The notes below the pieces were generated by a model. The model did no database searches. It was given only the letters and a program-made list of their open reading frames with translations, and had not been told where the DNA came from. From Flavobacteriaceae bacterium (lineage in GTDB: Bacteria > Bacteroidota > Bacteroidia > Flavobacteriales > Flavobacteriaceae), in assembly GCA_045561795.1 (NCBI GenBank), contig JBJKWZ010000002.1, forward strand, positions 22,943 to 86,942: DNA of 64,000 nucleotides, written 5' to 3'. Below are positions 41,001 through 48,880 of this stretch, one piece after another. Made by a program: the position numbers and the translations under genes. Position 1 is the stretch's first letter. Every line of letters starts with the position of its first letter.

Positions 41001-41077
41001 CTTTCAATGTCCTTTACTAAATTTGAATTTTTATCAATCTGCTCGACGTTTTTCCAATATGTCTTTTTCTTCTTCAC
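38009..41077 (-). CDS. actB: Alternative complex III subunit ActB (Tat-signal molybdopterin-oxidoreductase-like domain fused to 4Fe-4S ferredoxin domain)
   Basis: Twin-arginine signal NRRDFLKYVG. C-terminal Fe-S motifs CTGCGACVIACHAENN, CQHCNHAPCETVCP, CVGTRYCANNCPYKVRRFN. Confidence 0.9.
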   Translation of the reverse strand: MKKKKTYWKNVEQIDKNSNLVKDIESKEFANQLPVDSILLNQEGLEAENTNRRDFLKYVGFSTTAAALAACEGPVIKSVPYVFQPEQIRPGIANYYATAIADGFDFASILVKTREGRPIKIESNNEASVFSSANARVHASVLSLYDTKRIQLPKIKGMDSSWNELKSKVLSDLKSVSEKQGKVVLLTQTFASPTTHKIISDLINKFPNIEHIILDTVPSNYAVESFQDVYGFKGLVDYDFTKSDFIVSVGADFLGDWQGGGYDTKYVSNRVPDRKTGKGKMSKHVQFEANMTLSGANADIRVPATPSEQKKILSYIHSLVKGFNSKIKLSPEHKKNAKFAADGIKKFGPKAVIVSGLDDKNVQDLILDLNNHIKSLAIDHSARLTRTQSGNEVDVFLEELLDGKVSGLITVGVNPVYSLSEGEKIKMAINDLDFSLSFSMKEDETSSVCKYIAATPHYLESWGDYEFKEGHYFLAQPTIRPLFNTMQFQDFVLSIIGSSKDYYSTIKLFWEQNILNGRFWNKVLHDGFYKKNKKHKLKFNPKKNIVLDTDFNINSDSDMELVLYTKTGMGDGQQANNPWLQEFPDPITRVTWDNYMTISSFDANRIGLKNLNVANGALNGSYAKISNGESFMKIPVVIQPGQAKGSVGLAFGYGRKLGIQEEMQTGENAFVFFKSFRKNQKVQVENTDGFHEFACTQLQNTLMGRGDIIKESTLEIFNTKGKEYWNPVPKVSKNHIETAVTSKKVDIWENFDRSIGHHFNLSIDLNACTGCGACVIACHAENNVPVVGKREIRKSRDMHWLRIDRYYSSEDSFEEDVDTKDAISGIGDSLTTFGKMEEASENPQVAFQPVMCQHCNHAPCETVCPVAASSHGRQGQNHMAYNRCVGTRYCANNCPYKVRRFNWFLYNKNDEFDYHMNNDLGRMVLNPDVVVRSRGVMEKCSMCIQMTQKTILDAKLEGRQIQDGDFKVACSSACTTQAMVFGDINDKESKVSELKANDRMYHLLESVGTKPNVMYQTKIRNT

Positions 41078-41087
41078 TACAATTTAT

Positions 41088-42377
41088 TTAATAATGACAT
41101 TTTCCACATTCTAGTCCTCCCATTTGAGCAACAGTTAGCTTCTCAACTCCATATTTTTTAGATAAAGATTCATGTATTTTTTGATAATACTCATTATCCT
41201 CAAGCTTCAAATTTGATTTTCTGTGACAATCGATGCACCAACCCATTGTGAGAGGTGAATACTGGTACATAATTTCCATTTCTTCAACAGGACCATGACA
41301 ATTTTGACAATCAACCTTACCTACACTGACATGTTGAGAATGATTAAAATAAGCAAAATCAGGAAGGTTGTGAATTCTAACCCACTTTACTGGTTCGGTT
41401 TGCCCTGTATATCTTTGATTGTCATCATCCCAACCAACAGCAGCATAAAGTTTTTTAATTTCGTTTGTGTAAAAATCCTTAGTGTATCCATTTTCTAAAT
41501 CTTCTTCACCGTTATATTCAGCAATATTTACGTGACAATTCATACATACATTCAAAGAGGGAATCCCTGAATGTTTAGAAACTCTAGCTGAAGAATGACA
41601 ATAATTGCAATCTATCTGATTTGCACCTGAATGAATCTTATGAGAATAGTGGATGGGTTGGACTGGCATATATCCTTGGTCAACCCCAATTTGCATTAGG
41701 TAACCATAACCAAAATATGCACTGGACAAAAGAAGAAAAATAACGCTGACAAATACTAAAAATTGATTTTTAACAAATGCCTGCCATATAGGCGTTATAT
41801 TTTTTTTCTTTTTTTCCTCGACAAGAACAATACCGTTGGCAAAGGCAATTTTTTTAAGCGTTCTATTAACCAGAACCAACATTGTAAGTAGAATGGTGAA
41901 TATCAAGATCAAGGCAACCAATATTAACTGGTTGGATAAAGAATTATCTTGAATAGTTTGAATAGGTGCGTTAGAAACTGCAGCAACAGTTGGAGGTGGA
42001 ACATAATCTGTATAGGCTAAAATATTATCAATATCTTGGTTAGACAGTTGTGGGAAATTGTTCATTACAGATTTATTGTACTCCTCCCATATGGCTAAAG
42101 CTTGAGCATCCCCTGATTTAATCATGGCAGAGCTATTTTTTATCCAACTATAAAGCCACTCTTTTTCATATTTGGCAGTAACTCCCTTTAAGGCCGGTCC
42201 AACGGCTTTTTTGTTAAGTTTATGACATGCAGCACAATTAGCATTAAATAACTTTTTACCTGCTAAGGGATCTGATGGGGAATTTGATTCTTGTCCAGAA
42301 GTAATTCCACAAAAAGTAATAAAAAATATTAGTAAATTATATCTCAGCAACCGTAGTAAATTAAGCTCAATCTTCAC
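41088..42377 (-). CDS. actA: Alternative complex III subunit ActA (multi-heme cytochrome c)
   Basis: Six CxxCH motifs (CAACH, CNYCH, CMNCH, CQNCH, CIDCH, CGKCH). The listed ORF reaches an ATG at 42485, but its first 36 codons are F/I-rich AT-rich translation. GTG at 42377 gives a normal signal peptide (MKIELNLLRLLRYNLLIFFITFCGITSGQ). The start is uncertain (alternatives 42440, 42485). Confidence 0.8.
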   Translation of the reverse strand: MKIELNLLRLLRYNLLIFFITFCGITSGQESNSPSDPLAGKKLFNANCAACHKLNKKAVGPALKGVTAKYEKEWLYSWIKNSSAMIKSGDAQALAIWEEYNKSVMNNFPQLSNQDIDNILAYTDYVPPPTVAAVSNAPIQTIQDNSLSNQLILVALILIFTILLTMLVLVNRTLKKIAFANGIVLVEEKKKKNITPIWQAFVKNQFLVFVSVIFLLLSSAYFGYGYLMQIGVDQGYMPVQPIHYSHKIHSGANQIDCNYCHSSARVSKHSGIPSLNVCMNCHVNIAEYNGEEDLENGYTKDFYTNEIKKLYAAVGWDDDNQRYTGQTEPVKWVRIHNLPDFAYFNHSQHVSVGKVDCQNCHGPVEEMEIMYQYSPLTMGWCIDCHRKSNLKLEDNEYYQKIHESLSKKYGVEKLTVAQMGGLECGKCHY

Positions 42378-42570
42378 CCTCAAAAAAGTTATCACAAATT
42401 TAATAAAAAATATTATTAAATAAGTACTAAAAATCACCATAAAATTAATACATAAACAGCACTTGATAAAGGCAAATATTGCCAATTAATTTAATTTATA
42501 ATCAATCTAAATAAAAGACTATTTTGTTTAATTTTAAAATATTTATTTTTATATAAATTATTTTATAAAT

Positions 42571-42960
42571 ATGTTTTTTTTCAGGGGCTTAGACAAGCTT
42601 TTTTTTTCAATACTAATTTTTAATTGTTCAACAGTTTTTAGCCAATCTAAAAATTCAGATATTGAAATGGATGAAGAAATAGAAAAACTCCTTTCATTAA
42701 AGATTTTGATTAATAAAGATAAATTTGAAAAAAACTACTATGCTATACAATTGTATAATGGGAATTATAAAAGAGCAAAAGAAATTCAATCGGATTTTAT
42801 AAAAAAATTTCCCGAATGGGAATCAAAGCTGTCTTTTGAAACACCAAATTACAAGGTTAGAGTGGGTAATTTTAAAGAGTTTTTGGAAGCAAGCAAGAAA
42901 TTAGATTTTATTCGAAAGTTGTATCCGTCTGCCTTCTTATTGAGACCCAATAATTTATAG
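42571..42960 (+). CDS. SPOR domain-containing protein
   Basis: Signal peptide, then [17 protein letters not shown] pattern of the SPOR peptidoglycan-binding fold. Confidence 0.65.
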   Translation: MFFFRGLDKLFFSILIFNCSTVFSQSKNSDIEMDEEIEKLLSLKILINKDKFEKNYYAIQLYNGNYKRAKEIQSDFIKKFPEWESKLSFETPNYKVRVGNFKEFLEASKKLDFIRKLYPSAFLLRPNNL

Positions 42961-45585
42961 TTTTTTTCTAACTTCTACTTCTTGAAATGCTTCTATTAAA
43001 TCATTAACTTTCAAGTCGTTAAAACTTTTAATCTGAATTCCACAATCGTAACCTTTAGCAACCTCTTTTACGTCGTCCTTAAACCTTTTGAGTGAAAGTA
43101 AAGTTCCAGTGAAAATCACGACCCCCTCCCTTATCAATCTAACCCCAGAATTTTTGAAAATTTTGCCTGTTGTAACCATACAACCAGCAATCTTGCCAAC
43201 TTTTGAAATCTTATAAGTTTCTCTAATTTCTGCATTGCCAGTAACTTCCTCTTTGAGCTCCGGTGATAACATCCCTTCCATAGCATCTTTAACATCGTTT
43301 ATTGCATCATAAATTATGGAATAAGTCCTAATGTCAATTTGTTCTTTATCAGACAATGTCCTGGCATTCCCCATCGGTCTGACATTAAACCCAATCACAA
43401 TTGCATCTGAAGCTGAAGCAAGGATAATATCCGATTCAGTTATTGCTCCAACTCCTTTATGAATTATTTTAACTTCAATTTCTTGGGTTGAGAGATTTTC
43501 TAAAGAATTAGAAAGTGCCTCAACAGAACCATCGACGTCACCTTTTAAAATAATATTCAACTCTTGAAATTCTCCGAGAGCAATTCTCCTTCCAATTTCA
43601 TCCAAAGTTACATGACGCTGTGTTCTTACATTTTGTTCCCGTTGAAGTTGAGTTCTTTTAGCTGCAATTTGTTTTGCCTCTTTTTCATCTTTTAAAACAA
43701 GAAAGTTGTCTCCGGCTTGAGGTGCTCCATCCAATCCTAGAATAGAAATGGGTGTTGAAGGAGGAGCAGTTTTCAAATTCTTACCTCTTTCGTCAAAAAG
43801 AGCTTTTACTTTTCCGCTATTTTTACCAGCTAAAATAAAATCTCCAATTTTTAATGTCCCACTTTGAACTAAGAGGGTAGACACAAAACCTCTTCCTTTA
43901 TCTAGATATGCTTCAACAATAGTTCCTTTCGCTGGTTTTTCAAAATTTGCGGTTAATTCTAATAATTCGGCTTCTAATAAAACTTTTTCTAAAAGTTCTT
44001 TAACACCTTTTCCCTTTATTGCAGATATATCTTGAGATTGTATTTTACCTCCCCAATCTTCTACCATAAGATTCATGTTTGCTAAACCTTCTTTAATTTT
44101 ATCTGGATTTGAATTTTCTTTATCAATTTTATTAATTGCAAAAACAATTGGAACACTAGCTGCCTGTGCATGGCTTATTGCTTCTTTTGTTTGTGGCATA
44201 ATGTCGTCGTCAGCAGCAATTACAATAACTGCTATGTCAGTTAATTGAGCTCCTCTTGCTCTCATAGAAGTGAATGCCTCATGCCCAGGAGTGTCAAGAA
44301 ATGTAATTTTTTCTTGGTTTTCAAGAGTAACTGAATAAGCACCTATGTGTTGAGTAATACCTCCTGATTCACCAGCTATTACATTTTCCTCTCTAATGTA
44401 ATCCAATAGAGAAGTTTTGCCATGATCAACGTGTCCCATAACAGTAACAATTGGTGGACGCGGTGAAAGCTCGAATTCTTTATCTTCTATTTCTGATTCA
44501 AAATTATCATCTATGGCAGCCTTGGCAAATTCGACCTTAAAACCAAATTCTTCTGCAACTATTGTGAGAGTTTCAGCGTCTAACCTTTGATTCATTGTCA
44601 CCATTATACCTAAAGACATACAAGCAGAAATAATTTCGTTGCCTGCAACCTCCATCATGGTTGCAACTTCTCCCACAGTAATAAATTCTGTAACCCTTAA
44701 AGTCTTACTTTGCGCCTCTTGAATTGCTTGCTCCTCTTCAGTTTTTTGTTTATGTTGAACTCTCTTATCCCTCCTGTATTTTGCCCCTTTAGATTTTGAA
44801 GATTTACCTTGTAGTTTCTCCAAAGTCTCTCTGATTTGCTTCTGTACTTCTTCCTCTGAGGGTTCAACCTTTAAATTTTGAATTTTGCTCGATCCATTCT
44901 TTTTTGACTGACTTTTTTTTGATGGATTATTATTGTCAGGTAATTTTTTCTGGTTGGTTTCTTTAGATATAATTCTTTTCCTTTTTTTCTTTCTAGAAGC
45001 TTCAACACTCTTTTCTTGCGCTTTTATCTTCTCCAAATCAACTGTCTCTCCAGTCTGAACGGGAGCAATAATTTTTTTATAATTAGTAATTAGTTTTTCA
45101 TTTTCTGATGCAATTTTACTTTTATTTATTTCTACACCGTCAGCTGGACCACTATCAAAAACTTTTTTTAAAACCTCTTTCTCTACAATTCCCTTTGGTT
45201 CAATATTTTTTTTAATATTTTTTTTAGAATCTAAGTCTATTTTCCCTATCGGTTTAAATTTTCTTACAGAACTACTAGCAGTGATTATGTCATTATTAAT
45301 TTTAGAGGTATCAATTTTTTCTTGTTCTATTTTTTCTTGTTGAATTCTTAAACTTTCCTTTTCTTTTCTCTTTTCCTCACTAATTTCAGCAGATTCGTCT
45401 TTTTTCGATTTATCAACTTTAAATCCCTCTAGTAACAATTTATACGTTTCTTGAGAAATTTTTGTTGTAGGCCTAGCCTCTATCTCACAACCAACATTGG
45501 ATAAAAACTCTACTGCTCTATCTAATGATATATTTAGCTCCCTTAAAACTTTATTTAATCGTAATGTAAGTGCTTTATCTGCCAT
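42955..45585 (-). CDS. infB: Translation initiation factor IF-2
   Basis: K/E-rich N-terminal region. GTPase domain ([28 protein letters not shown]) and C-terminal domains. Confidence 0.97.
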   Translation of the reverse strand: MADKALTLRLNKVLRELNISLDRAVEFLSNVGCEIEARPTTKISQETYKLLLEGFKVDKSKKDESAEISEEKRKEKESLRIQQEKIEQEKIDTSKINNDIITASSSVRKFKPIGKIDLDSKKNIKKNIEPKGIVEKEVLKKVFDSGPADGVEINKSKIASENEKLITNYKKIIAPVQTGETVDLEKIKAQEKSVEASRKKKRKRIISKETNQKKLPDNNNPSKKSQSKKNGSSKIQNLKVEPSEEEVQKQIRETLEKLQGKSSKSKGAKYRRDKRVQHKQKTEEEQAIQEAQSKTLRVTEFITVGEVATMMEVAGNEIISACMSLGIMVTMNQRLDAETLTIVAEEFGFKVEFAKAAIDDNFESEIEDKEFELSPRPPIVTVMGHVDHGKTSLLDYIREENVIAGESGGITQHIGAYSVTLENQEKITFLDTPGHEAFTSMRARGAQLTDIAVIVIAADDDIMPQTKEAISHAQAASVPIVFAINKIDKENSNPDKIKEGLANMNLMVEDWGGKIQSQDISAIKGKGVKELLEKVLLEAELLELTANFEKPAKGTIVEAYLDKGRGFVSTLLVQSGTLKIGDFILAGKNSGKVKALFDERGKNLKTAPPSTPISILGLDGAPQAGDNFLVLKDEKEAKQIAAKRTQLQREQNVRTQRHVTLDEIGRRIALGEFQELNIILKGDVDGSVEALSNSLENLSTQEIEVKIIHKGVGAITESDIILASASDAIVIGFNVRPMGNARTLSDKEQIDIRTYSIIYDAINDVKDAMEGMLSPELKEEVTGNAEIRETYKISKVGKIAGCMVTTGKIFKNSGVRLIREGVVIFTGTLLSLKRFKDDVKEVAKGYDCGIQIKSFNDLKVNDLIEAFQEVEVRKKL

Positions 45586-45618
45586 ATGCTAAACTAGTAT
45601 TGATACTTTTTAATTAAA

Positions 45619-46851
45619 CTATTCTTCAAATTCTTCCTTTAAAATTTTAATTACTTCATTTATAGTCTCTTCCTCCAGATCAGTTCTTTTGATAAGTTCT
45701 GATTTGTCTAATTCTAATATGCTTTTTGCAGTATCAAGTCCTACCTTTTTAAACTCTTCAATTACCCACCCATCAATTTCGTCTGAGAATTCACTTAATT
45801 CGACATCTTCCTCCATTCCCTCTCTGTACACATCAATTTCATAGCCAGTAAGTTGTCCAGCAAGTCGAATATTATTACCTCCTCTGCCAATTGCTTTTGA
45901 AACCTCTTCTGGATTCAAAAAAACTTGAACTCTTTTGTTTTCTTCATCAATCTTCAAAGAATTAACTTTTGCAGGTGAGAGAGAACGAGTAATATAAAGT
46001 TGCAAATTATTGGTATAATTTATTACATCAATATTTTCATTTCCCAACTCTCGAACTATTCCATGAATTCTTGAACCCTTCATTCCCACACATGCGCCTA
46101 CAGGGTCTATTCTATCATCGTAAGAGTCTACAGAAACTTTTGCTTTATCACCAGGGATTCTTACTGCTTTTTTAATGTTAATTAGACCATCAAAAACCTC
46201 TGGGATTTCCTGTTCAAACAGTTTTTCCAGAAATTTAGGTGAAGTTCTTGTGAAAATTATTCTGGGTTTGTTTCCTCTGAGTTCAACGCTCTCAATTATT
46301 CCCCTTACGCTGTCACCTTTTCTGTAAAAATCAGAGCCAATCTGTCTATCTTTAGGCAAAATTAACTCATTACCATCATCATCTAATAAAATAACTTCTC
46401 TGTTCCTAACATGATGAACTTCAGCGGTGTAAATTTCTCCTTCAAGTTCTTTGAATTGTTTAAAAACATTTGTAGAATCATGTTCATGTATTTTAGAGAC
46501 TAAATTTTGCCTAAGAGAAAGAATCACCCTCCTTCCTAAGTCAATTAATTTCACTTCTTCGGAAACATCTTCTCCAACTTCAAAATCAGGTTCAATTTTT
46601 CTTGCTTGAGACAATTCTATTTCTTGATTAGGGTCTTCTACCTCACCATCATCAACAACAATTCTATTTCTCCAAATTTCTAAGTCTCCTTTGTCTGGAT
46701 TTATAATAATATCAAAATTTTCATCTGATCCATATTTTCGTTTTAAAGTATTTCTAAAAACTTCTTCTAGAATTACCATGAGGGTAACTCTATCAATGAG
46801 TTTTTCGTCTTTAAATTCTGAAAATGATTCTATTAGGGCTAAATTTTCCAT
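45619..46851 (-). CDS. nusA: Transcription termination/antitermination factor NusA
   Basis: NusA N-domain, S1 and two KH domains (CVGMKGSRI, AIGRGGNNIRLA). rimP-nusA-infB order. Confidence 0.95.
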   Translation of the reverse strand: MENLALIESFSEFKDEKLIDRVTLMVILEEVFRNTLKRKYGSDENFDIIINPDKGDLEIWRNRIVVDDGEVEDPNQEIELSQARKIEPDFEVGEDVSEEVKLIDLGRRVILSLRQNLVSKIHEHDSTNVFKQFKELEGEIYTAEVHHVRNREVILLDDDGNELILPKDRQIGSDFYRKGDSVRGIIESVELRGNKPRIIFTRTSPKFLEKLFEQEIPEVFDGLINIKKAVRIPGDKAKVSVDSYDDRIDPVGACVGMKGSRIHGIVRELGNENIDVINYTNNLQLYITRSLSPAKVNSLKIDEENKRVQVFLNPEEVSKAIGRGGNNIRLAGQLTGYEIDVYREGMEEDVELSEFSDEIDGWVIEEFKKVGLDTAKSILELDKSELIKRTDLEEETINEVIKILKEEFEE

Positions 46852-46856
46852 AATTT

Positions 46857-47321
46857 TTAATTTAAAATTATATGTGCTTTTTTATATTCACCGTAATTGA
46901 AATTTTTTGTTAAAGCTACAGTTGTCTTTCCTTTTCCAATTTTTTTAGGTTGTCTTTCTTTCCAATTTATTTCAAAACTAGTATTTGAAACTTTCGCGAG
47001 AGTGCCAATATGTTTGTGGCCTTCTAAATCTATTATTTCAATTTTTCTAAATATATTTTTTTTAAATTGTCTTACCTGCTTTAATGGGAAATCGATACCA
47101 CAAGATCCAATCTCAACTGAATAATTAATTTCATCTTGGTTTATTTTTTTTTTAATATCAGAACTAATTGAAGCGCAATCTTTAAGAGTAACACCGTTGT
47201 CTCCATCAAGAAAAACTTTTACATCTTTATTTGAGCCAAAAGTTAATTCTATTAGAAAAAGTGACTTATAGTTTTCAAGAATTTCACTCAAAATATTTCT
47301 AAATTTTTCTTCAAATTTCAT
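46857..47321 (-). CDS. rimP: Ribosome maturation factor RimP
   Basis: ~150-aa protein directly upstream of nusA with the RimP pattern (VFLDGDNGVTLKDCASIS). Confidence 0.85.
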   Translation of the reverse strand: MKFEEKFRNILSEILENYKSLFLIELTFGSNKDVKVFLDGDNGVTLKDCASISSDIKKKINQDEINYSVEIGSCGIDFPLKQVRQFKKNIFRKIEIIDLEGHKHIGTLAKVSNTSFEINWKERQPKKIGKGKTTVALTKNFNYGEYKKAHIILN

Positions 47322-47323
47322 AT

Positions 47324-47350
47324 AAAAAAAAAGAAGACCTTCTGTCTTCT
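47324..47350 (-). terminator. Intrinsic-terminator-like hairpin + U8 in the 5' leader of rimP-nusA-infB (candidate attenuator)
   Basis: Minus strand AGAAGAC-AGAAG-GTCTTCT (47350..47332, perfect 7-bp stem, 5-nt loop) followed by TTTTTTTT (47331..47324), then AT and the rimP ATG (47321). Confidence 0.55.
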
Positions 47351-47474
47351 ATTTATCCAAAAACACTATAAAATTAATTTAATTTTTTTACTATAGCAAA
47401 TATTATTTTATTATGAAAAGTAATTGAATGAAATTTGATTGAAAATATGATTAATTTTGCAACAAATATAAAAA

Positions 47475-48488
47475 ATGATTAAAACCGATATTCTAATCAT
47501 TGGTGCAGGACCTGTAGGCCTATTTGCTGTTTTCGAAGCTGGTCTTATGAAACTTAGATGTCATATAATTGATATCGTTTCAAGTCCGGGTGGCCAACTG
47601 ACTGAGCTGTATCCAAAAAAACCAATATATGATATTCCTGGATATCCAAAGATACTTGCAGGAAAACTCATTGAAAATTTATTAGAACAGGCAAAACCAT
47701 TCAAACCTGGTTTCACATTAGGAGAAAGAGCAGATTCATTTAAAAAAGTTGGTGAATTTTTCGAGGTTACAACTAATATGGGAACAAAACTCCAAGCTAA
47801 AGTTATTTTTATTGCTGGGGGACTTGGGAGTATGGAACCACGAAAACCTAAAATTAATTTAATTGATAAATTTGAAAGGAAAGGTATTGAGTTTTATGTG
47901 AAGAACCCTGATGCTTTTTTAGACAAAAAAATATCAATATCTGGAGGAGGAGATTCTGCTCTTGATTGGGCAATTTATTTTTCAAAAAAATGTAAACACC
48001 CAATTAATTTAATACATAGAAGTAAAAGTTTTAGAGCCAATAAAGATTCAGTCGATAAGGTATTTGAACTAAACAAAGATGGAAAACTTAACTTATATCT
48101 CGATTCCGAAGTTGTTTCAATAGATGGTAAAAATGATCATTTAAATTCATTGTCAGTTAAAGATAGAAATGAGACAAGGTATAATCTTGAGACAGATTAT
48201 TGGTTTCCACTTTTTGGATTAGTCCCAAAGCTAGGGCCACTGGGGAATTGGGGGTTGGATATAGTAAAAAATGCAATTAGTGTTGACAATGCAAATGATT
48301 ACAGTACAAATATAAAAGGGATATTCGCAATTGGAGATATTAATACATACGAGGGAAAATTAAAGTTAATTCTTTGTGGATTTCATGAAGCAACCCTAGC
48401 CGTTCATGGTGCCTATAAAATAATTTACCCGGATAAAAAGAAATCTTTGAAATATACCACCATCCAAGGGGTAACGGGGTTCGATTAA
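47475..48488 (+). CDS. Ferredoxin-NADP(+) reductase, thioredoxin-reductase-like (YumC type)
   Basis: FAD motif ILIIGAGPVGL, GGQL, second Rossmann GGGDSALDWA, C-terminal GDI. Confidence 0.85.
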   Translation: MIKTDILIIGAGPVGLFAVFEAGLMKLRCHIIDIVSSPGGQLTELYPKKPIYDIPGYPKILAGKLIENLLEQAKPFKPGFTLGERADSFKKVGEFFEVTTNMGTKLQAKVIFIAGGLGSMEPRKPKINLIDKFERKGIEFYVKNPDAFLDKKISISGGGDSALDWAIYFSKKCKHPINLIHRSKSFRANKDSVDKVFELNKDGKLNLYLDSEVVSIDGKNDHLNSLSVKDRNETRYNLETDYWFPLFGLVPKLGPLGNWGLDIVKNAISVDNANDYSTNIKGIFAIGDINTYEGKLKLILCGFHEATLAVHGAYKIIYPDKKKSLKYTTIQGVTGFD

Positions 48489-48608
48489 TTAAATTTTAAC
48501 TATTTATTAGGAAAATATTATAAATATTTTAACAAAAAAACAAGATTCAAAATGTATTTTTATTGATGATATTTTTTCATATAATTGACGATAATATTGT
48601 TAATAATA

Positions 48609-48635
48609 CCCCCAAAATTTCTTTTGGGGGTTTTT
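48609..48635. terminator. Rho-independent terminator (bidirectionally placed: after the FNR gene on + and after tRNA-Gln on -)
   Basis: CCCCCAAAA-TTTC-TTTTGGGGG perfect 9-bp stem followed by TTTTT on the + strand. A-rich on the 5' side, so it also reads as hairpin + T-rich on the minus strand. Confidence 0.7.
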
Positions 48636-48646
48636 AATTTTAAAAG

Positions 48647-48719
48647 TTGGCCCACTAGGGCTCGAACCTAGACTCTTCTGAACCAAAATCAGACGTGTTG
48701 CCAGTTACACCATGGGCCA
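48647..48719 (-). tRNA. tRNA-Gln (anticodon UUG)
   Basis: Minus strand TGGCCCA TG GTGT AACTGGCA ACAC G TCTGA TT-TTG-GT TCAGA AGAGT CTAGG TTCGAGC CCTAG TGGGCCA A. Folds by hand into a canonical cloverleaf (7/4/5/5-bp stems, TTCGA T-loop). CCA is not encoded. Confidence 0.9.
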
Positions 48720-48730
48720 TTTGAAGAGAT

Positions 48731-48761
48731 CAAATTTATGATAATATTATCATTTGACAAA
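48731..48761 (-). promoter_or_regulatory. Bacteroidota sigma-A type promoter for tRNA-Gln (TTTG-N19-TAAATTTG)
   Basis: Minus strand TTTG (48761..48758), 19-nt spacer, TAAATTTG (48738..48731) matching the TAnnTTTG -7 element. The motif ends 11 nt upstream of the mature tRNA 5' end. Confidence 0.5.
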
Positions 48762-48880
48762 AACTGTATTTCGATAATAGGTATAAAATTTATTTAATAT
48801 TAATCTCTGAACATTTAATTTATTCTTGAGAATAATTACTAAACCATTCAATATATAATGTTTATTTTCGTGTTCTAAAT

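Noticed and set aside
42378-42485. N-terminal extensions of listed ORFs: actA 42378..42485, ruvB 31230..31280, tsaB 3814..3846 and the CxxC micro-protein 11196..11258.
   Set aside because: The extensions are F/I/L/N-rich translations of AT-rich spacer, or overlap the upstream gene. Internal starts give canonical N-termini (signal peptide, MNDALDP, MKNHILCLETSS).
31299-42485. The respiratory genes are split into two clusters (act-ctaCD at 31.3-42.5 kb; ctaB, cox III/IV, SCO and DUF420 at 11-16 kb) separated by sprA, maeB, ruvAB and others. This could indicate a rearrangement or an island.
   Set aside because: As far as I recall this split organisation is the normal flavobacterial arrangement. 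The intervening genes are housekeeping with the same composition, and there are no mobility genes or repeats at the boundaries.
47452-47459. Isolated TAnnTTTG (-7 box) matches upstream of the FNR gene (47452..47459), the NifU-like gene (2241..2248, only 4 nt before the ATG) and the lipoprotein gene (57731..57738).
   Set aside because: They are plausible promoters, but none has a TTTG -33 element at 19-21 nt. The 6-position motif is expected by chance about once per 1-2 kb per strand in DNA this AT-rich, so they are not called as features.
48647-48719. tRNA-Gln as a possible integration site for a genomic island.
   Set aside because: There is no integrase or recombinase ORF, and I noticed no duplicated tRNA 3' fragment nearby. 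The flanking genes (FNR, DUF2723) have native composition.
48754-48759. An E. coli-like TTGACA hexamer upstream of the DUF2723 gene.
   Set aside because: There is no properly spaced -10 hexamer (candidates lie at 13 or 22 nt), and Bacteroidota sigma-A does not use the TTGACA/TATAAT consensus.
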